Made by a program: the position numbers and the translations under genes
The notes under the pieces: generated by a model
The model's database searches: none
Seen by the model: only the letters and a program-made list of their open reading frames with translations
Told to the model about the DNA's origin: nothing
In this document: piece by piece, positions 10,457-18,713 of the stretch
Numbering within the stretch: the first letter of the stretch is position 1
Layout: every line of letters begins with the position of its first letter
From: Paraspadella gotoi
Lineage: Eukaryota > Animalia > Chaetognatha
DNA length: 18,713 nucleotides
NCBI GenBank assembly: GCA_051294375.1
Contig: JBJCIZ010000426.1
Span: 1 to 18,713, forward strand
Direction: 5' to 3'

Positions 10457-11992
10457 ATGGCCAACAAAGGCAAAGAATCAAGTCAATCAACTCGCCGGAA
10501 AAATACTAAAACTGGAAAAGAAAACACTGAATGTGACGAAATAAGTGAAGAAAGTCAAGAACCTGAAATTTTACATACTTCCACGCCCGAAGAAAAACTG
10601 ATAAGTGATTTCCGGGGCTTACAAGGAAATAGTAAAGAAGCGTTTGTAAAAATGTTATTACATTCAAATTACGATATGGTAATTGGACAAGTTGGAGCAA
10701 GACCAAAACAAAAAGGCTCTAATGTCGTTAAAAATTCGTCAAATTGCAACGATTCACAAATGGCTCCAACGATAAACCAGCAAATGGTAACTCAAAGCCA
10801 AATTAAGTCACGAAGAACTGTTTTAATCTCATCCGATCTCCCAACTGAAATTAGAAATTCACGGCCAAAACTTCTCTCAGTAATTCACGACGCTTTTCAA
10901 GGCTCTGAAGAGATTGAAGAAGTTAAAATTACAAAAGCAGGTGATCTCATAATAACAGCGGGAACTGATAGAGGCTACAATTCCTTGCTAAAACCAGAAA
11001 ACTGGATTCATGACACATATACATTCACTCCAAGAATCAATACTCCAAACACTGTCTCACACTTCGTCTTAATCCGAGGGGTTGATCCTGAATACAATGA
11101 CGACGAAATAAAAACGGCTATCTCAAGTAAAGGTTTCACGCCAAGCATGGTAAAACGATTAATAACAGGACGGTCAGGAAAACCATCCTGGAATGTGAAA
11201 GTCACTCTACATTCACTAAGAGAAAAAGAGACACTTCTTGAAAAAGGTATCAACATTTTCATGAAAGTCCACAATGTCATTGATTACTTAACTGATCGTG
11301 TATTACAGTGTTTTAACTGTCAATCTTTTGGTCATGGCTCTCGCTCGTGTTCCATTCAAGAGCCAGTCTGTCTCAGATGTGCTGAAAATCATTCTCACAA
11401 AAACTGTCAAAAACCATTTGAAGACGTAAAGTGTGCAAACTGTGACGGAAAACATGCAGCCAATTCTAAGTCATGTCCAACATATCAAGAAGCTTGTCGT
11501 CAAAAGAATAGCCATTCTCTACAACAAGGTGTTACCTATGCCACTCTCACCAAAAACTCTTTACAGCCTGCCACTCTTTCCCAACAGACTCAAATTAAGA
11601 GCATCGTTCAAGGAATAGCTGTTTTGTTGAAAAATCTTGGTATTACTAAAGCTACAGATTCAGAATTATCAACAGCTGTATCTAATTCCGTAAACGCTGC
11701 AGTGAAAAATTTGTCGTCAATCACCTTGCCAAAACCAACAGAAACAGCCGATAACCTCCAAGAGAGAGACAACATATCTCACGCTGAACCTGCAGAAACA
11801 AATCCTCTCCAAACCCCTTTAAACACACAACAGATAATGGGTGACTGGGATGAGGACTGGGAGCCGTCTCAAACTGTTTTCCAATCTCTACATGAACAAT
11901 CAAATGAACGACAGGGGTTGTTGCAATCAGTAGGCCAACAACGCCTGACATTACGTCCAAAACCGAATAAACAAGCAAAAGTTACTAAATAA
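10457..11992 (+). CDS. LINE ORF1p, gag-like nucleic-acid-binding protein (511 aa from the first ATG)
   Basis: Uninterrupted ORF. The track starts at a TTG at 10403; the first ATG is at 10457 in gaaATGG context. Zinc knuckles CFNCQSFGHGSRSC (CX2CX4HX4C), CLRCAENHSHKNC (CX2CX3HX4C) and CANCDGKHAANSKSC (CX2CX3HX6C) at 11309-11476. They are preceded by an RRM-like segment FVLIRGVDPEYNDDEIK..VKRL typical of Jockey/I/R1 ORF1. Confidence 0.93.
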   Translation: MANKGKESSQSTRRKNTKTGKENTECDEISEESQEPEILHTSTPEEKLISDFRGLQGNSKEAFVKMLLHSNYDMVIGQVGARPKQKGSNVVKNSSNCNDSQMAPTINQQMVTQSQIKSRRTVLISSDLPTEIRNSRPKLLSVIHDAFQGSEEIEEVKITKAGDLIITAGTDRGYNSLLKPENWIHDTYTFTPRINTPNTVSHFVLIRGVDPEYNDDEIKTAISSKGFTPSMVKRLITGRSGKPSWNVKVTLHSLREKETLLEKGINIFMKVHNVIDYLTDRVLQCFNCQSFGHGSRSCSIQEPVCLRCAENHSHKNCQKPFEDVKCANCDGKHAANSKSCPTYQEACRQKNSHSLQQGVTYATLTKNSLQPATLSQQTQIKSIVQGIAVLLKNLGITKATDSELSTAVSNSVNAAVKNLSSITLPKPTETADNLQERDNISHAEPAETNPLQTPLNTQQIMGDWDEDWEPSQTVFQSLHEQSNERQGLLQSVGQQRLTLRPKPNKQAKVTK

Positions 11993-13296
11993 TGGAAATG
12001 GAGCCTCAAAGTCTGCCTGTTGCAATCTTAAACATAAACACAAATGGTCACCCAAAACGCTTATTAGAATTACAAAATCTTGTAAGTTTTTATAAAAATT
12101 ACTACCATCTTTTTTTAATATGCAATGATGTGAGAAGCAAACAAGGAGACATATTTTGTTTTAAAAATTTTAAAGTATTTTTAAAAGAATCAAATTCAAA
12201 TGCTGGCGGAGTAATGATTGCAGTCCCAAACAATATACCAGCCTGCATCTTAAATCCCGATACAGAGCAAGAAGAAAGTTTATTCGTTGAAATCTTACTA
12301 AATGGAAGAGAAAGATTGATTATTGGAACCGCATACAATCACCCAGCTTGTAAATTAGATGAAAATATTTTTAAATTCTATGCTGAAATATCAAATAAAC
12401 CGAATATCTCCCTAACCATCTTTGCTGGAGATCTGAATTCTTCACATACTTTACTAGGTGGAAGATTCGACACACAACAAGGTGAAGATCTGTTATCTTA
12501 TATCTCTAAATACAAATTATTTCGGGTACATGGAGATTCTCCTACATACATTAGTAAGTCAAATGGTGAAGCAAATGTCTTGGATATCGTCTTAACGACG
12601 GGTCAGTCTGTCACAAAGATTGAATCCAGTACGGTCCTAGATGACGTAGGATCAGATCATTTGCCCATTCTTACGACTTTTACCTTTAAATATTATAAAC
12701 ACACAAGCTACTCTAAAACTACAGATTGGAATAAATTTCGCGAAAACATTAAAAATGAAATTCACTGTATAAACGATCGTGTTTCTAATACCAATGAATT
12801 AGATAAAAAGATTGAAACCTTTTCAAACCTTATCATTAATTCTTATAACAAAAGTACTGTACAAAAACCCACCTTCACCAAAAATGGCATAAAAATAGAC
12901 ATAATCACACAAAACCTTGTCAAAAGGAAAAGAAGAATGTCTCGAAAAATTTGCAATTACAGAAAAAATGGTTTTTCAGCTCCACCTAACATCAAAAAGG
13001 AATATAATTACATCTGCCGAAAGTTAAAATATGCAAACAAACGATGTTTAGCGGAACACTACAAATATGAAGTAAAAAGAATACTTTCTGAAAAAGACGC
13101 TGCGAAAAAATGGAAAATGATCAATAATATAACCAATTATTCTCCAAGTTCTCCACCAGATGCAATGCTACTTCGTGCCGATGGATCAGTAGCAGAGGAC
13201 AATGCTGCTAACCTCGAAGTTTTTGCAGAAAAATTAGAAGGTATGTTAGGCACCTCACCGGTTCCACCAGAAAAAGAAGAAAGAATGGGCAAATAA
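11992..13296 (+). CDS. LINE ORF2p N-terminal part: apurinic/apyrimidinic-like endonuclease plus linker, ending at a premature TAA
   Basis: APE motifs in order: ILNINTNG, LICND, GGVMIAV, AYNHP, FAGDLNSSH, SPTY, VLDIVL, GSDHLPI; then the typical post-EN TDWNKF and a K/R-rich linker. Homology continues past the stop at 13294-13296. Confidence 0.92.
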   Translation: MEMEPQSLPVAILNINTNGHPKRLLELQNLVSFYKNYYHLFLICNDVRSKQGDIFCFKNFKVFLKESNSNAGGVMIAVPNNIPACILNPDTEQEESLFVEILLNGRERLIIGTAYNHPACKLDENIFKFYAEISNKPNISLTIFAGDLNSSHTLLGGRFDTQQGEDLLSYISKYKLFRVHGDSPTYISKSNGEANVLDIVLTTGQSVTKIESSTVLDDVGSDHLPILTTFTFKYYKHTSYSKTTDWNKFRENIKNEIHCINDRVSNTNELDKKIETFSNLIINSYNKSTVQKPTFTKNGIKIDIITQNLVKRKRRMSRKICNYRKNGFSAPPNIKKEYNYICRKLKYANKRCLAEHYKYEVKRILSEKDAAKKWKMINNITNYSPSSPPDAMLLRADGSVAEDNAANLEVFAEKLEGMLGTSPVPPEKEERMGK

Positions 13297-14978
13297 ATAA
13301 AAAAATTTGTCGCCGAGTATCATGCACATCTGTCACCCAGCACAATCAAAAGAAATTATGAACCCTGACTTTGAATCTTTTATTAAAGATGCTCTCGATA
13401 TGGAAAACCTAATTGAAATAATCAAAACACTTAAGATAAGATCTGCAGCTGGGCCTAGATTATGTAAACCATCTCATGCTTCGTAATTGCCGATAGAAAG
13501 CTTGTTGACTCTGCAACATATATATGAAAGTTGTTTTCGTTTTGGGTACTTTCCCGATGTGTGGAAACTGGCCCATGATTCGTATGATTCCTAAAAGTGG
13601 TAAAGACGCTACAAACTCCAGAAATTATCGACCCATTAGCCTTTTGTCTGTTCTCGGAAAACTTCTTGAAAGGTTAATTCTTCCGGGACTAATTACGATG
13701 TTAAAAGCTGCAGGTGCAAGAAATTCTTTCAAATCAGGATATCGAAAAGGGCGATCTGCCCCTGAAAACATTGTCGATTAATTGAAGACTCCCACAGATG
13801 CTTTAAAGCCAGAGGTTGCAACCATACTTGTCACTCTCGATTACAGCAAAGCCTTTTGATAACATCTGGCATGATGGACTTCGTTACAAGACTAATTAGG
13901 TCTGGAATATCTAAAGATATGAATTCGTCTTCTTTAAACTCCTTTCTAACTAATAGAAGCTTCTGCGTCGTCAGTCGAGGTGAGCAATCACGGAGAGTTA
14001 TGATTCTGTGTGAGATCTCCACAAGGAGCGGTTCTCAGTCCTGAATTATTTGCTCTTTACGTCGGTGACCTACCCATTTCTTGCCCAAGGCCATTAAGCA
14101 TTACACAATCATCTCAATCTCACGTTAATCCCGATCATAATCAAGATCAAGATCCAGATCCAAATTTACCTCTCGATCAACCTGCATTTCAAGGTGGTGC
14201 TCTTGATGTTTTTGAGAGTGCTGCACAATATGCAGACGACTCAAGCTTGTGGCTTCATCTAAAGATCCGGCATATAGCAGAAAAGGCTCTCCAACGGACA
14301 CTTCATAAACTTGAAAGATGGTGCGAAATGTGGTTTTTAGATCTTTGTCCAGTGAAAATCTAACTGTAGTTATTACACGAAGTTTTAATCTTTTTAACTT
14401 TTGCGTTAATTTAACATTATTTGGTAGAAAATTCCAATGGTGTGACAACGTAAAGTTTTTAGGGTGTATAATTGATAAAAAAACTTACTTGGACATTTCA
14501 CGTTAATGATTTATTTAAAAAAGCAAAATGTAAAATTCTTGCAATCAATAGACTTTCGCGTTTTGTAACTGGAAATAAATTATCGTTTTAGTTCATCAAC
14601 TATTTCAAAGTCTTATAGTTTCTCTATTTTTATACTATCTCCTTGTTTGCTGTCCTGCTGGTAATTATCACTGGATGAAATTTGATCGCTTACAATAAGA
14701 GCCATTCGTATTTTTTCAAAATTTACCTAGTCATACTCCTACTCGCTGCCACATTAGATGCCGCAGGCCATATACCATTATCTGACTGTTAAAACTTTGC
14801 TGTACGGAGATTGAAAAGATATCCGAGGAAATCACCTATTGACGATGCTATGAATCATTATTAATATTCATATACCTATTCAGCAAACATTTCACCTATC
14901 GAAACGCTGTTGGGATGGGATTATTTGCGAAAGGGAAAATACATGCTAAATTGTAATTGGAAAGATTTCATGATGTAA
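13297..14978 (+). pseudogene. Disrupted reverse transcriptase and C-terminal part of ORF2
   Basis: RT motifs split across frames: SAAGP (13442), FPDVWKLA (13550), IPKSGK..NYRPISLLSVLGKLLERLI (13623), SGYRKGRSA, LDYSKAF/DNIWHDGL (13836, +1 T), SFLTNRSF, PQGAVLSPELFALYVGDLP (14019), QYADD (14229-14240), LQRTLHKLERWCEMW, VKFLGCIIDKK (14450), RAIRIF. At least about eight frameshifts or stops. The original stop is at 14862-14864 or 14976-14978 (same frame). Confidence 0.93.
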
Positions 14979-14990
14979 TGCCTAAAAATT

Positions 14991-15010
14991 CTCTCTCTCT
15001 CTCTCTCTTC

Positions 15011-15041
<31 letters not shown>
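14991..15041. repeat. (CT)n microsatellite with one interruption, abutting the LINE 3' end
   Basis: Read directly from the sequence; same orientation as the 5' tract. Confidence 0.98.
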
Positions 15042-15048
<7 letters not shown>

Positions 15049-15591
15049 GGCCCAAGAGAGCCCGAGAGATCAACATTTTCTTCAAAGAACATACGCAAGC
15101 CAAATAAAATTCAAGAACCTTACAGTTGAACGAAAGAAACGATAAAAAAAAAAACAAAACATCAAAACCTAATTTGATAAATACATATGTTTAATTGACC
15201 TTAGTCATTAATTAAAATATTCTATTCATAATAAGGACATACACAACGACTCGAAGTAAATTTTATCAAATTAGCAAGGATAAATAATAAACATCGTAAA
15301 TCCTTGTAGAAAAGTAAAAAAAGCAGACGAAAAGAAACGATAAAAAAAAAAGAAGGATTCCTGACGGTCCCTTTTTCTCCACTCACGTGATGCTCGATCT
15401 AGCATTACCTCTCTCACGCATCCCTTCTTCCTCTTCTGTTTCCTCTCTACTTCTCTTTCCTATCCTTCCTCCTTCTCTTTTCTAAAGCGCTCCGTCTCAT
15501 AACTCTCCATTTATTTAATCACGATCTCATTCCGGTCTCAGATTCTCTCCTCATTTAGCGGCATTTTACTGTCTTTTTTTTTTCTTCGCTG

Positions 15592-15748
15592 GTCGTCGTC
15601 GTCATTTACGAGTTATCCTCGTCTTCGTCATCGTCTTCGTCGCGTTCGTCTTTTCACCGAGATATCATCTTCTTCCTTGTAGATTCGAGTCGGTCGGTTA
15701 TCCGTCGTCGTCGCTATCGTCGTCGTCGCTATTCGTTCGTCGTCGTGA
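15592..15748. repeat. Degenerate (GTC/TCG)n trinucleotide-rich tract
   Basis: Repeated TCGTCGTC units. Complementary (GAC)n tracts occur at ~1398-1420, ~3820-3865, ~4390-4425 and ~4500-4525. Confidence 0.8.
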
Positions 15749-16619
15749 TCATGTTTGATATCTCCTATTTCCTTGAATTCTCCCCCCCATCCTTGCCCCC
15801 CCAAAACCAAACCCTCTTGTCCACGCGTTCGTCGACGTCGATTCAATGTTTTTTCTTCTAATCTTTTCTTTTTTCTCCGAGACAAAAAAGAATTATGATT
15901 TCTAAACATGAGTTATTTTTTTATAAATAAATTAGGTGTATTTAACATAGAAAGATGATTAGATTATGCCACTGGCTTTTTAAAATTTAATGTCTTTCGT
16001 TCGTCGTGATTTTTATCGAGGCCTTGCCGGCGAAGCCGGGTCGAGGCTCTATAATGTTTTAGGGTTGCTTCTTTTGTGACTCCGTCGTCGTTCGTCGTCG
16101 TGGTCACGCTGTTTTCATATATAAAAACTACTACGTCTTTATAGGTTTGGCTTGACTTACCGTTTTTTCTTAAAATAAATTATTATGAATTATGATAAAG
16201 TTTTACGAAAGTGTGCGATCATAGAAGCTTAAAACATTTAGATATGGCTTTATCTTGAAAGCTGGATATTTTCATATTAACATTTGGATTTAAGTATTTT
16301 TTGTTTGAATTTCCACTTCATTATGATTTACTGGCAATATGCAAATGAGATTATAGTTCATTATAATATCAAATTAGTATATAGAATGCTTTAAGCTATT
16401 TACATATTGCAGTATATAATATTGAAGATGAAATTCAAAAAATTTTTTTTAAATTTCTACATTAAAAATGGGAATTCAAAGGATTTTTTTAATGAGAAGC
16501 TATATCTTAATTTTTTTAATTTACAAATAAAATAAAATATTTTACAAGCGCGATTGGAAAAATTGGAAAAGTTTTCCAATTGTAACCATTGTAACATTTT
16601 TTGCCTTTCTTTTATTTAT

Positions 16620-16857
16620 TTTTTAATTATATATATTTGTTTTTTAGGCGCTGCCTTTTCTGAATCGTTTAAAAACGAGTTCGTTTCTCTCTGTCTCTCG
16701 TTTTGTGTGCGATCTCATTGCGTGATCGTTCGTTTTTTGAAAAAATTCTGATATATTTTTTTCTTTCTAAAAACATATATATTTGATAGGCGCTGCCTTT
16801 TTCTGAATCGTTTAAAAAAAACGAGTTCAGGCTCTCTCTCTCCCTCCGTCTCCCTCC

Positions 16858-16908
<51 letters not shown>

Positions 16909-17262
16909 CTTTTTTTTTTACAAAAAAATATTGATTCACTTTGTTTTACCACGTTTTTTTGAAAAATTCTTTATTTCTTTCCTTCTTAAAACTTTATTAT
17001 CGCCAGTTTATTCCGCGCTTTCTTTTCAATACAAAATCCAAATTTACATCTGAGCATTTTCGTGGATTTTTTTGAGAAAATGTGAAGAATAACTAACTTC
17101 ACCTGGATTCGTGGCCGTTGCGGGGGCAACGAGTTAAACCAATGTCGAGGAATATGACCTAATAACGGCGTTACGTTTATAAAAAAATCAACTTGACCGA
17201 GATCACGCCGCCGATATAAACAAGAGTGACCTAATATTGGTCTATCGTTGGCGGGAAAACTT

Positions 17263-17356
<94 letters not shown>

Positions 17357-17424
17357 CTCTCTCTCTTTTTTTTTTTACAAAAAAAATTTATTCACTTGTA
17401 AACGAGTAAACACGATGTTCCGGC

Positions 17425-17455
<31 letters not shown>

Positions 17456-17845
17456 TCTATCTATCTTCTCTCTATCTGTCTCTCTCTCTCTTTCTCTCTT
17501 TCTATCTCTTTTTTTTGTACAAAAATAATTTTTTAGTCACCTTTTTTTTACCTCGTCACTGCGCCCGAGTAAACGAGTTCCGGCTCTCTTCTATCTTCTC
17601 TCTCTCTCTTTTTTTTTTACAAAAAAAATCTTTTTTAGTCACTTTTTTTTCACTCTCTTCTCCTCTTCTCTCTCTCTCTGTCTCTCTCTCTATGTACGAC
17701 CGTTCGTTTTTTGAAAAATTCTATTATTTTTTTCCTTCTAAAAACTTTTATTATGGCCATTTATTTTTTTTTCTCTTACAAAATCCCAAATTTACATTCC
17801 GAGATTTTCATGGATTCTTTTTAGAAAAAGGAAAAATAACTTATA
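16620..17845. repeat. Complex degenerate tandem/direct repeat block with embedded (CT)n tracts
   Basis: AGGCGCTGCCTTTT(T)CTGAATCGTTTAAAAA(AAA)CGAGTTC at ~16647 and ~16788. A ~135-bp segment GAAAAATTCT...ACAAAATCC(C)AAATTTACAT...AATAACT at ~16961-17095 and ~17713-17841. The module TTTTTT(G)TACAAAAA...TCAC recurs at ~16912, ~17370, ~17510 and ~17612. Confidence 0.85.
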
Positions 17846-18371
17846 ATGCAGGCAATGTTCCATGTACATAGCTTGCTGCTGTACATATAGCTGCTATAGT
17901 CGGTCAATTGCGCGGATTATTTATTACATATATAACTTTAACAAAAATTTTTTTTGTTTTGTTTATTACTGTAACTTTGGGACCGTCGGCCCCTATTGGC
18001 AATTATATCTAAAATAGGAGCTTGAAAGAGAGTATATTGTCAATTTAAACATTTACTTTTTTTTGTTAGTTCTAATAATTTTTCAATTTTAAATTGTAAA
18101 TTTTTTGTGTATATATTTAATCATTTTTATTCTTTTTTAAAATAATAATTATTTGAGTTGGGATAAATATTTATAAATTAGTTAAATATGCAAATATGAA
18201 ATTTGGACTCGGTCTGGTTTCTTCTTAAAAAAAGAACAATCTAAATTCATTCAAAGGGAAAGGAAAAGCAGTTCGTGCCCTTACTTCAGATACGTTCGAA
18301 AACGAGTTTCGCTCTGCAGGGCGGTTCAGCTTCTGATTATACTTATATAAACGAGAGTGAAAACTGACCAG

Positions 18372-18379
18372 CTCTCTCA

Positions 18380-18428
<49 letters not shown>

Positions 18429-18430
18429 TT
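18372..18430. repeat. Imperfect (CT)n microsatellite
   Basis: Read directly from the sequence. Confidence 0.95.
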
Positions 18431-18465
18431 CCATTCATACACGCATTTGTTGTTTATTACGATGG

Positions 18466-18698
18466 AATGACTATCGCAGTCAATGGAATCGACTATATCG
18501 CATCAATGAATGATTTCATCATATCAATGATGATATCATCACATCCTGAATGACTATCATCGCATCATCTTTGATTATCATCACATCAGTTATTTATTAT
18601 ATTCAGTCATCATATTATTGGTTATCATCGCATCCAATATTTGGTTATTCATTCGCATCAATTATTTGGTTTATCATCGCATTCAATATTTGGTTATC
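18466..18698. repeat. Degenerate ~22-bp minisatellite, about 10 copies
   Basis: Units resemble ATCGCATCAATGAATGACTATC at the left and ATCGCATCAATATTTGGTTATC at the right. Confidence 0.85.
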
Positions 18699-18713
18699 TC
18701 AAAAGTAGGCTCG

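Larger units (their letters stand above)
10182..14990 (+). mobile_element. Non-LTR retrotransposon (LINE), APE-type, Jockey/I-group-like; apparently full length, RT inactivated
   Basis: Colinear 5'UTR, gag-like ORF1 (3 CCHC knuckles), then ORF2 with APE endonuclease and RT motifs. No LTRs; no RNase H or C-terminal CCHC seen by eye. The 5' boundary is inferred from a DPE-like GGACGT at 10209 and the (CT)20 tract. The 3' boundary is inferred from the end of ORF2 homology and the start of (CT)n at 14991. Clade assignment is by motif resemblance only. Confidence 0.95.
16010..18713 (+). mobile_element. Putative non-autonomous Helentron-associated (HINE/DINE-1-like) element with internal tandem repeats; right end uncertain
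   Basis: T-run, then TATCGAGGCCT (16014-16024), hairpin CCGGC-GAA-GCCGG (16027-16039), imperfect inverted copy AGGCTCTATA (16044-16053), and a (GTC)n microsatellite (16082-16101). This is the known DINE-1/HINE left-end layout. The window ends in AGGCTCG, which could be the start of the right subterminal inverted repeat. Confidence 0.5.

Noticed and set aside
10403-11992. LTR retrotransposon or retroviral gag
   Set aside because: It is followed by APE plus a LINE-type RT. No protease, integrase, LTRs or PBS are present.
10506-14448. Short antisense or alternate-frame ORFs inside the LINE (10506-10706, 11008-11280, 11433-11618, 11721-11978, 12102-12338, 13831-14022, 14125-14448)
   Set aside because: They are shadow ORFs of the sense-strand coding sequence with no independent motifs.
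18466-18698. CRISPR array
   Set aside because: The units are head-to-tail and degenerate with no unique spacers, there are no cas genes, and the context is eukaryotic.

Overview
Eukaryotic, probably invertebrate, non-coding-rich DNA: AT-rich, little visible CpG depletion, and full of (CT)n/(GA)n and (GAC/GTC)n microsatellites. No prokaryotic features are seen. The one firmly identifiable element is an apparently full-length, ~4.8 kb non-LTR retrotransposon (LINE, Jockey/I-group-like) on the + strand at ~10182-14990. It has an intact gag-like ORF1 with three CCHC knuckles, a TAATG overlapping stop/start junction, an intact AP-endonuclease half of ORF2, and a frameshift-riddled reverse transcriptase with an unusual ~40-aa in-frame insert before YADD. 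It has no poly(A) tail and is bounded on both sides by same-orientation (CT)n tracts, so it may be a (CT)n-targeting or (CT)n-tailed family. Less certain calls are a much older, heavily deleted second LINE ORF2 relic (~5830-7100, +) and a DINE-1/Helentron-associated (HINE)-like element starting at ~16010 that carries nested internal tandem repeats to the window end. Most short ORFs in the track are microsatellite or low-complexity artefacts. Many lesions are single-base indels, so sequencing or assembly error cannot be excluded.
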